64,000 nt of DNA, taken from Acidobacteriota bacterium. GTDB taxonomy: Bacteria; Acidobacteriota; Vicinamibacteria; Vicinamibacterales; UBA2999. This document shows, piece by piece, positions 11,833-20,871 of this stretch (within the stretch, counting starts at the first letter, position 1; the number at the start of each line of letters is the position of its first letter). The stretch is taken from NCBI GenBank assembly GCA_023265015.1, contig JAHFUO010000003.1, forward strand, positions 2,866 to 66,865, read 5' to 3'. Below the pieces are notes generated by a model that had not been told where the DNA came from, did not search any database, and saw nothing but the letters and a program-made list of their open reading frames with translations. The translations under genes were made by a program, and so were the position numbers.

Positions 11833-12810
11833 TTACCGGACATCCATTCCCACCGGCGTTCGGGCTTCCGTCGTCGCGCTGACGAAATACAGAGGCCGGC
11901 GTACGACCTCCGCATAAATCCGGTAGAGGTACTCGCCTGTCACCCCCATCATCAGGAACTGCAACCCGAAGAACAACGTCAGCGGGAGCATGACGCTGGT
12001 CCAGCCGGGAATCGGATGCCCAGCGAGGCGGTGATACAACACATACCCGGCGATCGGCAGCGTGAGCATCGACACGACCGCGCCGGCAATCGTCATCACG
12101 CGGATCGGCATCTGCGAAAAGCCGATGAATGTGTCGTACATCGTCTTGACCATCCGCCCGTAGGTCCAGCCGGATATGCCGAAGCGCCGCTGCTGCCGAT
12201 GATATTCGACGATCGCCTCGGAAAATCCCGCCCATGCCACCAGGGCGAACGTCACGCGGTTGTGCTCCTGGAACTGCGCGAAGCACTCGGCGACCTTCCG
12301 GTCGACGAGCAGGAAGCTGCCCGTCGTGAATCGCGATCCGGTCGGCATCGCGTACTTCCGGATGAGCGATTCGAAGATGCGGCTGGTCCACACCTTGAGA
12401 GACGATTCGTCACGCGAGACTCGCTTTCCCCAGACGATGTCCGCGCCGCGCTTCCACGTGTCGATGAACTGCGAGACGACCGCCGGTGGATCCTGCAGAT
12501 CACACGCGAGAGTGGCCACGGCATCGGCGTCGCCGATGTTCGCGAATCCGGCGCTCAGCGCGATGTGCGATCCGTAGTTGCGCGACAGGCGGATCCCGCG
12601 GACGCGCGGATCCCGTGCGGCAATCTCGCAGATCTTCTGCCAGCTGTCGTCGGCGCTGCCGTCCTCGATGAACAGGACGCGCACGCTGCAATCGGTCCGC
12701 GACAGCAGCGTCGTCCGCACGGCCTGCTCGTACGCCGCGAGGCCCGCCGTCTCGTTGTAGACGGGCGTGAGAATCAGGACGACCGGCGGGCGGCCTGGCT
12801 GAAGGCTCAC
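11833..12810 (-). CDS. GT2 polyprenyl-phosphate glycosyltransferase (ArnC/CsbB/GtrB-like)
   Basis: LILTPVYNETAGL, LFIEDGSADDS, LACDLQDPP, plus two C-terminal TM helices ending GLQFLMMGVTGEYLYRIYAEVVRRPLYFV. Confidence 0.8.
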   Translation of the reverse strand: MSLQPGRPPVVLILTPVYNETAGLAAYEQAVRTTLLSRTDCSVRVLFIEDGSADDSWQKICEIAARDPRVRGIRLSRNYGSHIALSAGFANIGDADAVATLACDLQDPPAVVSQFIDTWKRGADIVWGKRVSRDESSLKVWTSRIFESLIRKYAMPTGSRFTTGSFLLVDRKVAECFAQFQEHNRVTFALVAWAGFSEAIVEYHRQQRRFGISGWTYGRMVKTMYDTFIGFSQMPIRVMTIAGAVVSMLTLPIAGYVLYHRLAGHPIPGWTSVMLPLTLFFGLQFLMMGVTGEYLYRIYAEVVRRPLYFVSATTEARTPVGMDVR

Positions 12811-13571
12811 GGTTCATCCCACGTGGCGAATTCAGGCCCCAGGAGCTGCGCCAGCTGCCGCCCCGGCTCCCCGTAGCGCTCTCGCAGGCGATCGCGCACG
12901 GCGTCGGGCATCGAGTCGCCGCGGTTTTCCGACGGGTTCACGACGTCCAGTCCTTGTGCATCGTCTGGGCGCGGGGTGACGCCGATGAAGCGGTGAAGTC
13001 GCGACGCCAGCTCACCCGGCTTGTGGATGATAGCGTCGAATTTGAGGCACAACACGTGGTCGCGCGGAAAGAGCGCGAAATACGGACGCAGCATCGCCGC
13101 GTACAAACCGCGCGAAACGTAGGCGTGCGGCCGCGCGTATCGCAGCGTGGGCGGGAGCTGCCGCTCGCGCTCCTCTTCCATGGCGATGGCCGTGTCGAAG
13201 TCCTCGGTCTCCATTCCGTTCATCCGCGACCAAGCCCAGTTCGAGTACGCGCGCTCAGCCGGCTCGCGCAGGATGAACACGAGCTTCACATCGGGGAGAT
13301 CGTGGTGAATCCGCTGCGCGGCGGTCACGCTCTCGAGATAGTTCGTGGATTTCTCGCCAGAGGCGGGATACGACTCCGCGCCCGCGAACCACGTGTCGAC
13401 GTAATGCCGGATGCCGCGCGCGTACATCTCGTCGACGAGGAAGAACTTCGGCTCGGGCCGCGCCGGCTTCGCCATGTAGACATCCGGATGCCGATCGAGA
13501 AGCTGATACAGCCAGGTGGTTCCCGAGCGCGGCGCGCCGGCAATGATGAAGGTTGGGCCCTGTCGGCTCAT
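12807..13571 (-). CDS. PAPS-dependent sulfotransferase
   Basis: 5'-PSB loop IIAGAPRSGTTWLYQLL and 3'-PB-like LVFILREPAERAYSNW. 254 aa. Confidence 0.8.
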   Translation of the reverse strand: MSRQGPTFIIAGAPRSGTTWLYQLLDRHPDVYMAKPARPEPKFFLVDEMYARGIRHYVDTWFAGAESYPASGEKSTNYLESVTAAQRIHHDLPDVKLVFILREPAERAYSNWAWSRMNGMETEDFDTAIAMEEERERQLPPTLRYARPHAYVSRGLYAAMLRPYFALFPRDHVLCLKFDAIIHKPGELASRLHRFIGVTPRPDDAQGLDVVNPSENRGDSMPDAVRDRLRERYGEPGRQLAQLLGPEFATWDEP

Positions 13572-13714
13572 TCAGGAGGGAGGTTGGTTCGGATGAGGGA
13601 CTCGGTAGGTTATACAGCAAGCGGGTCCTCGATCGCCCGTTCGACGCCGCTCTGAACCTCGACAAATCTGCCCGGACGGGACGCAAAAACCCGTCGGAAC
13701 CCCCACTGTCCGCG

Positions 13715-13744
13715 TTGACCGGATCGAGCCAAATCACTTATTAT
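13715..13744 (+). promoter_or_regulatory. Candidate sigma70-type promoter for the plus-strand mega-operon
   Basis: TTGACC (13715-13720), 18-nt spacer, TATTAT (13739-13744), in the only AT-rich patch of the 404-bp gap. It would give a leader of roughly 230 nt before ATG 13976. Confidence 0.3.
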
Positions 13745-13975
13745 TCAATGCTTAAAGCCGCGCTTTGGCACACCACACCAACCTGGGTCTCAGCAACAGC
13801 CGACCTCCTTTTCCGGGGAACGTACGTCAGATACGGGCTGTCGAGCACATCAAGACCTAGTGCTCGCCCGGGCAAGGTGTGAAAGGCAGGCGCGGTAAAT
13901 CCGCCAAGTGGAGCGGTATTGCGCCTTGTCTTCGCCTGTCGTGTGGGTGAAAGGGCGAAGCTCTATCCGATCTTC

Positions 13976-16900
13976 ATGAGGATTCTCTTTTCAGTCGGCA
14001 GCTTCGGGTTCCTCCGGAACTTCGAGCCGGCTCTCCGCCTGCTCGCGGAGCGCGGTCATGACCTGCACCTCATGGCCGACCGCAAAGACAGCGTAGGCGG
14101 AACGAAGACGCTCGACCTGCTGCTGCGCGATTACCCGGATCGCATCCGCCACAGCTACGCACCTGCGCGCAAGGATTCGATGTGGCAGCCGCTCGCCACG
14201 CAGCTGCGCCTCACGCTCGACTACTGGCGGTATCTCGATCCCCGGTACGACCATTCGCCGAGTCTCCGCGCGCGCGGCTCGTCGCAGGCGCCGGCGCTTG
14301 CGTCGCGCCTCACGCGCAGTTCGTTGATGCGCTCGCGTCCCGCGCTTCGCGCCATGCGCGCAGTCGTGAGCACGCTCGAGCACGCGGCACCGCACGGGCA
14401 TCGCATCGAGGCGTTTCTGCGCAAGGAGAAGCCCGATCTCCTGCTCGTGACGCCGCTTTTGTATTTCGGATCGCAGCAGGTCGATTACGTGCGCGCGGCG
14501 CGGGCGCTCGGCATCCCGACCGTGCTTGGCGTCGGCAGTTGGGATCACCTCACGACGAAGGGGCTGATTCACGAGCAGCCGGACCGCGTGATGGTGTGGA
14601 ACGAAGCGCAGCGCGCGGAGGCAGGCGAGCTGCACGGCATCCCAGCCGAGCGCGTAACGGTGACCGGCGCCCAGGCCTACGACCACTGGTTCGTGCAGAG
14701 ACCGGCGCTGTCGCGCAAGGCGTTCTGCGCGAAGGTGGGCGTCCCGCACGATCGACCCCTGCTGCTGTATCTCTGCTCGTCGCCGTTCATCACCCCGCAC
14801 GAAGTTGGCTTCGTCCGCCGATGGATTGAAACGATTCGCGCCTCGTCTGATGAGGTCCTGCGCCGCGCGGCGATCCTGATCCGTCCGCATCCGCAGAACG
14901 CGGATCAGTGGCACGACTTCGACCCGGGCGAGTACGACGCCGTCGGCATCTGGCCGCGCGCGGGCGCGAATCCGGTCGACACCGAGGCGCGCGCCGACTA
15001 CTTCGACTCGATGTTCTACAGCGTCGCGGTCGTCGGCGTGAACACGAGCGCGCTGATCGAAGCCGGCATCGTCGGGCGTCCCGTCTATACCGTCCTCGCC
15101 GAGGAATTCGCGGGACAGCAGGAAGGCACCCTGCACTTTCAGCATCTGAAGAACGTCAATGGCGGGCTGCTGACCGTTGCGGCGTCGCTCCCGGAGCACG
15201 TCGCCCAGCTGGCGGACGCCGTGCGGCGCCGGCCGGAGCGTGACGAGAAGAGCCGCGCGTTCGTCGAATCGTTCGTGCGTCCCTACGGATTCGACGTGCC
15301 GGCCGCGGGCCGGTTCGTCGAGGCGATTGAAGCGCAGGTTGCGCAGCCGCGCCCTGCTCCGGTTCCACGCCGGCTGAGCCAGCGCGCGCTGACGTTCCTG
15401 ATGCGCCCGTTGGCGCTCGCCGCGGCGGCACGCGCGCGTCGGAGGCGCAGCGGGAGGGCGGCTGTTTCCACCGGCGCGCCGGGCCGGCCGGCGCGCTTCA
15501 TGTTCGCGGTCTCCTCGCCCGAGTTCCTCCGCTATTTCGACTCGACGATGGAGATGCTCGTGGAACGCGGGCATCACGTGAGCGTGGCGGTCAACTGGCT
15601 GCGCGAACGCAAGAAGGCGCGTCTCGACGAGTTGATCGGCGATCCACGCATCGAGGTCGTTGGCGTCATCCCGAAGCGCGGCGACATGTGGACGCCGATG
15701 GCGCGGGCGGTCCGCGGGACGATGGACTTCGTGCGGTACCTGGATCCCCGGTTTGCCGATACGCCTGCGCTGCGCGCCCGGATGGTGCGCAAGTCATTGC
15801 CGTCGCTGCTCGAGCCACTCGATCGTATCCGTTCGCTCAGCAGCGCGTCGGTCGAGAGGCTGCAGCGGGTTCTTCAGCGCGTCGAGCGCGCGATTCCGGT
15901 TGGCGAGCGCCTGCTGCTGTTCCTCGACACGCATCGACCGGATGTTGTCGTCGTGTCCCCGCTCGTCGATGCATCCTCCGACCAGGTCGATCTCGTGCGC
16001 GCATCGCACGCGGCGGGCATCCGCTCGGTCGCGGCCATCGCCAGCTGGGACAACTTGACGAACAAGGGCCACATGCGCGTCGTGCCGGATCTCGTGACGG
16101 TCTGGAACGAGCGCCAGCGCGAGGAGGCCACCGCGCTGCACGGCGTGCCGGCGGCGAACGTGGCCGTCACCGGAGCGCAGCTCTTCGACCGCTGGTTCGA
16201 GCGGCAGCCCAGCCAGCCGCGCGACGCGTTCTGCGCGATGGTCGGCCTGCCAACCGACCGCCCGATCGTGCTCTATACCGGATCGTCGGTGTTCATCGCG
16301 CGGTCTGAATTCGAAGTGCCGTTTGTTCGCCGCTGGATGGGCACGCTGCGCCGCAGCGGGCATCCGCTGCTGCGCGACGCGGCCATCCTCGTCCGGCCGC
16401 ATCCGTTCAACTGCGACGCGTGGGAGCACGCGGACTTCAGCGAGTTCGGGCCCGTGGCTGTCTGCCCGCGGCAGCGCTACACGCCGGCGGCGGAAAGCGC
16501 GCGTGCCTCGCTCTTCGACTCGCTCTTCTACAGCGCGGCGGTCGTCGGCATCAACACGAGCGCGATGATCGAGGCGGCGATTCTCGGCAAACCGGTCCTG
16601 TCGCTGATGACGGGCGACTTCGCCGGCACGCAGGAGGGCACGCTGCACTTCAGATACCTGCTGCCCGAGAACGGCGGATTCCTTCGCGTGGCGTCGACAC
16701 TCGAGCAGCACGCCGGGCAGCTCGCCGAGGTGCTGCGCGATCCGGACGTGACGCGCGCGCAGACGATGAACTTCGTGCGCCACTTCCTGCGGCCGCACGG
16801 GCTCGATCGGCCCTGCACGCCGATCCTCGTGGAGGCATTCGAGCGCGTCGCCGCAGCGGGGCCGCGGAGCGCGGAGGCCGACACATTCGGGACGAAATCT

Positions 16901-17137
16901 CTTCGGGTCGCGGTTGCTCCGCTGGCCGCGACGATGCGGGCCGCCGATCGTCTCGGGGGCGTGAACGCGGCGAAGGTGGCGCACGACGCCCGGCGGCGCA
17001 CGCGCAAGATCTTGTACGAAAGCTATTCGACCGTGCGGCGGGGCTCACGGCTCGCGTATTCACGGATGGTGAAGAAGCCGTCGCGCCGTGCCATCAAGGC
17101 GGTGCGCCTGATGCTGCGCGGCGAAGAATCCAGGTGA
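13976..17137 (+). CDS. Two-module family A protein (tandem internal duplication of a GT-B-like RPHP module)
   Basis: Module 1: MRILFSVGSFGFLRNFEPALRLLAERGHDLHL, SWDHLTTKG, VTGAQAYDHWF, ILIRPHPQNADQW, VVGVNTSALIEAGIVGRPV, EGTLHFQHL. Module 2 from ~15490: RFMFAVSSPEFLRYFDSTMEMLVERGHHVSV, SWDNLTNKG, VTGAQLFDRWF, ILVRPHPFNCDAW, VVGINTSAMIEAAILGKPV, EGTLHFRYL. Start moved to ATG 13976 by alignment with paralog N-termini. Confidence 0.75.
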   Translation: MRILFSVGSFGFLRNFEPALRLLAERGHDLHLMADRKDSVGGTKTLDLLLRDYPDRIRHSYAPARKDSMWQPLATQLRLTLDYWRYLDPRYDHSPSLRARGSSQAPALASRLTRSSLMRSRPALRAMRAVVSTLEHAAPHGHRIEAFLRKEKPDLLLVTPLLYFGSQQVDYVRAARALGIPTVLGVGSWDHLTTKGLIHEQPDRVMVWNEAQRAEAGELHGIPAERVTVTGAQAYDHWFVQRPALSRKAFCAKVGVPHDRPLLLYLCSSPFITPHEVGFVRRWIETIRASSDEVLRRAAILIRPHPQNADQWHDFDPGEYDAVGIWPRAGANPVDTEARADYFDSMFYSVAVVGVNTSALIEAGIVGRPVYTVLAEEFAGQQEGTLHFQHLKNVNGGLLTVAASLPEHVAQLADAVRRRPERDEKSRAFVESFVRPYGFDVPAAGRFVEAIEAQVAQPRPAPVPRRLSQRALTFLMRPLALAAAARARRRRSGRAAVSTGAPGRPARFMFAVSSPEFLRYFDSTMEMLVERGHHVSVAVNWLRERKKARLDELIGDPRIEVVGVIPKRGDMWTPMARAVRGTMDFVRYLDPRFADTPALRARMVRKSLPSLLEPLDRIRSLSSASVERLQRVLQRVERAIPVGERLLLFLDTHRPDVVVVSPLVDASSDQVDLVRASHAAGIRSVAAIASWDNLTNKGHMRVVPDLVTVWNERQREEATALHGVPAANVAVTGAQLFDRWFERQPSQPRDAFCAMVGLPTDRPIVLYTGSSVFIARSEFEVPFVRRWMGTLRRSGHPLLRDAAILVRPHPFNCDAWEHADFSEFGPVAVCPRQRYTPAAESARASLFDSLFYSAAVVGINTSAMIEAAILGKPVLSLMTGDFAGTQEGTLHFRYLLPENGGFLRVASTLEQHAGQLAEVLRDPDVTRAQTMNFVRHFLRPHGLDRPCTPILVEAFERVAAAGPRSAEADTFGTKSLRVAVAPLAATMRAADRLGGVNAAKVAHDARRRTRKILYESYSTVRRGSRLAYSRMVKKPSRRAIKAVRLMLRGEESR

Positions 17138-18834
17138 AGATCCTTTTCCTCGGGCGGCACTACACCTACTTCCGAAACTTCGAGTCGGTGCTGCGCGGTC
17201 TCGCCGGGCGCGGGCACACGATTCACCTGGCTGTGGAGCGTGACGAGACGCTTGGCGGGCTCAGCATGGTGCAGACGCTTGCCGCTGAATTCCCCTCGAT
17301 GACCCACGGCGAAGCGCCAGGTCGCGCAGACGACGACTGGTCGTGGGTGGTCGATCGGCTGCGCCTCGGGCTGGACTACCTGCGGTATCAGCATCCGGTG
17401 TTCGACACGGCGCGGAAGCTGCGCGATCGGTCCCGCGATCGAACGCCGGGCGCGTTCGTCGCGCTCGGCCGCGTGATCCGCGCTGCCGGCGGCTGGTCGC
17501 GGGGCATCGTGTCGGCCGTTGTGCGGCGGCTGGAGCGCGCGGTGCCGGAGGACCCGGCGATCCGCGAATACCTCGAGGCCGAGCGCCCCGACATCGTGCT
17601 GCTCACGCCGCTCATCGACCTCGGGTCGTCGCAGATCGAGTACCTGCGTGCCGCGCGCGCGCTGCGCATCCCGGCCGGCTTGTGCGTGTGGAGCTGGGAC
17701 CACCTGTCGAGCAAGGCGCTGATCCGCGAGACGCCGGATCGCGTATTCGTGTGGAACCTGACGCAGAAGCGCGAAGCGATCGAGCTGCACGGCGTGCCGG
17801 CGGATCGCGTCGTGGTGACCGGCGCGCAGTGCTTCGATCAATGGTTCAACCGGGAGCCGTCGCGCGATCGCGAGACGTTCTGCCGCCAGGCCGGCCTCCC
17901 CTCGTCACCGCCGTTCGTGCTGTACGTCTGCTCGGCGCTGTTCGCGGGGAGCCCGGTCGAAGCCGGGTTCGTCGTGAAGTGGATCCGCGCGCTTCGCGGC
18001 GGCGCATCGGCACGGCTTCGGTCGGCGCCGATTCTCGTGCGTCCGCATCCGTCGCGGCTGGCGGAATGGGAAGGCGTCGATTTGCGCGAGCTCAACGCCG
18101 TGCTGTGGGGCGGCAACCCCGTTGATGCGCAGTCGCGCGCCGACTACTTCGACACGCTCTATCACAGCGCCGCGGTCGTCGGCATCAACACCAGCGCCTT
18201 CATCGAGGCCGGCATCGTCGGGCGGCCGGTTCACACGATCGTCCTGCCCGAGATGGCGGACAACCAGACCGGCACCGTGCATTTCAACTACTTGCTGAAT
18301 GCCGGCGGCGGGCTGCTCGAGGTGGCGCACAGCGTCGATGAGCACGTCCGGCAGCTCGACGCCTCGCTCGCGAAGGCCGACGCGGGTGAGGTCAAGCCGT
18401 TTGTGCGCGAATTCGTGCGGCCTCACGGCCTGGATGTCGCGGCGACACCGCTCTTTGTCGAGCTCGTCGAGTCGATGCGCGATCTCAGAACATCGGCGCC
18501 CGACCGAGATCCGCTCGCGGCTGTCTGGCGCTGGCTGGCGGCGCGCGCGGCGCGCACCCGAGACGACGAGCGGTACGAGCCGTGGACGCTGTCGGAGCGT
18601 GAGCTCGCGTCGCTCCAGAAGCTGCGCGGGGCGCGGCAGGTCAAGGCGAGCCGTCGTGCCGAGGCGCGGCGGGCGCGCGAGGCCGAACGCGAGGCGAGCA
18701 TCCGCGATCGCGAACAGCGGCACCTGGCGGACGAGCAGCAGCGCGCGGAGAAGGCGGTGGAGAAGGCGAGGCGGCTTGCGGAAAAGCGCGAGCGCGTCGA
18801 TGCTGAACGGGCAGCCAGGCAGCGCGTCGGATAG
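17134..18834 (+). CDS. Family A protein (GT-B-like, RPHP motif) with charged C-terminal helix
   Basis: GTG 17134 overlaps the upstream TGA (GTGA). VKILFLGRHYTYFRNFESVLRGLAGRGHTIHL, SWDHLSSKALI, VTGAQCFDQWF, ILVRPHPSRLAEW, VVGINTSAFIEAGIVGRPV, TGTVHFNYLL. Tail RRAEARRAREAEREASIRDREQRHLADEQQRAEKAVEKARRLAEKRE. Confidence 0.75.
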   Translation: MKILFLGRHYTYFRNFESVLRGLAGRGHTIHLAVERDETLGGLSMVQTLAAEFPSMTHGEAPGRADDDWSWVVDRLRLGLDYLRYQHPVFDTARKLRDRSRDRTPGAFVALGRVIRAAGGWSRGIVSAVVRRLERAVPEDPAIREYLEAERPDIVLLTPLIDLGSSQIEYLRAARALRIPAGLCVWSWDHLSSKALIRETPDRVFVWNLTQKREAIELHGVPADRVVVTGAQCFDQWFNREPSRDRETFCRQAGLPSSPPFVLYVCSALFAGSPVEAGFVVKWIRALRGGASARLRSAPILVRPHPSRLAEWEGVDLRELNAVLWGGNPVDAQSRADYFDTLYHSAAVVGINTSAFIEAGIVGRPVHTIVLPEMADNQTGTVHFNYLLNAGGGLLEVAHSVDEHVRQLDASLAKADAGEVKPFVREFVRPHGLDVAATPLFVELVESMRDLRTSAPDRDPLAAVWRWLAARAARTRDDERYEPWTLSERELASLQKLRGARQVKASRRAEARRAREAEREASIRDREQRHLADEQQRAEKAVEKARRLAEKRERVDAERAARQRVG

Positions 18835-18845
18835 CCGGATACTTA

Positions 18846-18921
18846 AACCACGAAGAACACGAAGAACACGAAGGCAAAAACAAGAATGCTCTTCTTCGCG
18901 ACCTTCGCGTTTTTCGTGGTT
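18846..18921. repeat. CACGAAG-family intergenic palindrome, copy 1
   Basis: aaccacgaagaacacgaagaacacgaagg ... cttcttcgcgaccttcgcgtttttcgtggtt. The arms are about 80 percent complementary with a 9-nt periodicity. Confidence 0.8.
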
Positions 18922-18932
18922 CACAACGTCGA

Positions 18933-20087
18933 ATGAGAAAAGTCTGCGTCGTCGTCGGGTCGCGCGCCAATTACAGCAGCATCAAGTCCGTGATGTGCGC
19001 CGTCCGCGCGAATCCGGACCTGAAGCTGCAGCTCATCGTCGGCGCCTCGGCGCTGCTCGATCGGTTCGGATCGGTCGTGGACGTGATCGAGGCCGACGGG
19101 TTCGAGGCGGACGCCAAGGTCACGATGATCGTCGAAGGCGAAACGCCGGGGACGATGGCAAAGTCGACGGGCCTTGGCCTGCTCGAGCTTCCCACGATTT
19201 ACGGGATGCTCAAGCCGGACGTCGTCGTCAGCGTCGGCGATCGGTTCGAGACGATGGCGACCGCGGTGGCGGCGGCGTACATGAACATCCCGCTCGCGCA
19301 CACGATGGGCGGCGAGATCAGCGGCACGATCGACGAGAGCATTCGTCACGCGGTGACGAAGCTCTCGCATCTGCACTTCCCGGCGAACAGGCAGGCGGCG
19401 GAGCGGATCATCCGGATGGGCGAGGACCCAACGATGGTCCACGTGGTCGGATGTCCGCGCATCGACCTGGTGGCCGAGATCGCGAAAGGCGACGGCCACC
19501 TCGAGTCGCCCGACTGGCTCGAGCGCGAAGGCGCGGGCGCGCACATCACGCTCGACACGCCATTCCTTCTCGTGAGCCAGCATCCTGTGACGACCGAGTA
19601 CGGCCAGGGCGAGCCGCAGATCGTCGAGACGCTGGCGGCGCTCCACGATCTGCGGATGCCGACGATCATGCTCTGGCCGAACGCCGACGCCGGCTCCGAG
19701 GACGTCTCGCGCGGCATGCGGAAGTTCCGCGAGAAGTACCGGCCGGAGTACATCCGCTTCTACAAGAACTTTCCGATCGAGACCTACGCACGGCTGATGC
19801 TGAGTTGCGGGTGCGCTCTCGGCAACTCGAGCGCGCCGCTCCGCGAGGGCGCGTACATGGGGGTGCCGTCGGTGAACATCGGCACGCGCCAGCAGGGGCG
19901 TGACCGGGCGGACAACGTCGTGGACGTCCCGCACGAGCGGCGCGCGATCGTCGCGGCGGTGAAAAGCCAGCTCGCGCACGGCCGGTATCCGTCGAACCAC
20001 CTGTACGGCGACGGCGATGCCGGCGGCCGCATCGCGAAGATTCTCGTAGAGTCGCCGCTTCGCGTCCAGAAGCGGTTGGCCTACTAA
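18933..20087 (+). CDS. neuC: UDP-N-acetylglucosamine 2-epimerase, hydrolysing (NeuC/LegG-type), copy 1
   Basis: VCVVVGSRANYSSIKSV, VVSVGDRFETMATAVAAAYMNIPLAHTMGGEISGTIDESIRHAVTKLSHLHF. The GGE..G..DE..RH..TK motif marks the hydrolysing type rather than WecB. Confidence 0.85.
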   Translation: MRKVCVVVGSRANYSSIKSVMCAVRANPDLKLQLIVGASALLDRFGSVVDVIEADGFEADAKVTMIVEGETPGTMAKSTGLGLLELPTIYGMLKPDVVVSVGDRFETMATAVAAAYMNIPLAHTMGGEISGTIDESIRHAVTKLSHLHFPANRQAAERIIRMGEDPTMVHVVGCPRIDLVAEIAKGDGHLESPDWLEREGAGAHITLDTPFLLVSQHPVTTEYGQGEPQIVETLAALHDLRMPTIMLWPNADAGSEDVSRGMRKFREKYRPEYIRFYKNFPIETYARLMLSCGCALGNSSAPLREGAYMGVPSVNIGTRQQGRDRADNVVDVPHERRAIVAAVKSQLAHGRYPSNHLYGDGDAGGRIAKILVESPLRVQKRLAY

Positions 20088-20155
20088 AACCACGAAGGCC
20101 ACGAAGACCACGAAGGAACATTTGGGTCTTTCGTGTCCTTCGAGACTTCGTGGTT
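20088..20155. repeat. CACGAAG-family intergenic palindrome, copy 2
   Basis: aaccacgaaggccacgaagaccacgaagga acatttggg tctttcgtgtccttcgagacttcgtggtt. Starts directly after the neuC stop. Confidence 0.8.
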
Positions 20156-20166
20156 GATACAACACA

Positions 20167-20871
20167 TTGCAGATATTGGGTGTGATTCCGGCGCGCGGAG
20201 GCTCGAAGGGGATTCCCAACAAGAACCTCGCGACGGTGTGCGGACGTCCGCTGCTCGCGTACACGGCAGATGCCGTGAAGCAGAGCACGCGACTCACGCG
20301 CGCCATCGTCAGCACCGATGACGAGCGGATTGCGGACTGCGCCAGGTCGCTCGGCCTCGAGGTGCCGTTCATGCGTCCCGCCTCGCTCGCAGCGGACGAT
20401 ACGCCCATGCTTCCGGTGCTGCAGCACGCCCTCGGCACGTTGAAATCAGATGGGTTCGAGGCCGACATCGTCGTGCTGCTCCAGCCGACATCGCCGCTGC
20501 GACGAGGCGAGCACATCGACGCTGCCGTCGACTGGCTCCAGCGTGCCGGCGGCGAATCAGTGGTGTCAGTTGTCGAGGTGCCGCATCAGTTCAGTCCGGT
20601 ATCGGTCATGCGCGTTGACGATGGCTATTTGTTTCCGTTTCTCGACGGACCCCCGATCGTGCGCCGACAGGACAAACCGCGCCTCTATGCGCGTAACGGG
20701 CCTGCCGTTCTTGCGGTGCGGGCATCCGTGCTTGTCGGCGGGTCGCTCTACGGCAACAAGTCGTGGCCGCTCGTCATGAAGCAGGAAGAGTCGCTCGACG
20801 TCGATACGCCATGGGATCTGTCGCTGGTCGAATTCGCGCTGACCGCGCGCATCAATGCAAATTCCTTATAG
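20167..20871 (+). CDS. neuA: Acylneuraminate/nonulosonate cytidylyltransferase (NeuA/LegF/PseF-type), copy 1
   Basis: GVIPARGGSKGIPNKNLATVCGRPLLAYT...VSTDDERIADCARSLGLEVPFMRPASLAADDTPMLPVLQHAL...LLQPTSPLRR. TTG start, uncertain by a few codons. Confidence 0.85.
   Translation: MQILGVIPARGGSKGIPNKNLATVCGRPLLAYTADAVKQSTRLTRAIVSTDDERIADCARSLGLEVPFMRPASLAADDTPMLPVLQHALGTLKSDGFEADIVVLLQPTSPLRRGEHIDAAVDWLQRAGGESVVSVVEVPHQFSPVSVMRVDDGYLFPFLDGPPIVRRQDKPRLYARNGPAVLAVRASVLVGGSLYGNKSWPLVMKQEESLDVDTPWDLSLVEFALTARINANSL

Noticed and set aside
13766-13780. Sigma-54 promoter (TGGCAC at 13766-13771)
   Set aside because: The -12 element is missing. Five nucleotides after TGGCAC the sequence is ACCA, not TTGC(A/T).
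13553-13882. 109-aa ORF in the large intergenic region
   Set aside because: It has no motifs, and it begins inside the sulfotransferase gene on the opposite strand. Its composition changes abruptly across the AT-rich patch. It is more consistent with a non-coding control region.
16420-17133. In-frame upstream extensions of family A genes (16420-17133, 21520-21855, 24233-24622) and similar extensions at 37277-38068, 39086-39205, 45077-45355, 48409-48516, 50405-50713, 59557-59811, 61266-61526
   Set aside because: Each extension overlaps the preceding well-supported gene in another frame and is low-complexity. Paralog or family alignment places the real N-terminus at the start codon that overlaps, or closely follows, the upstream stop.
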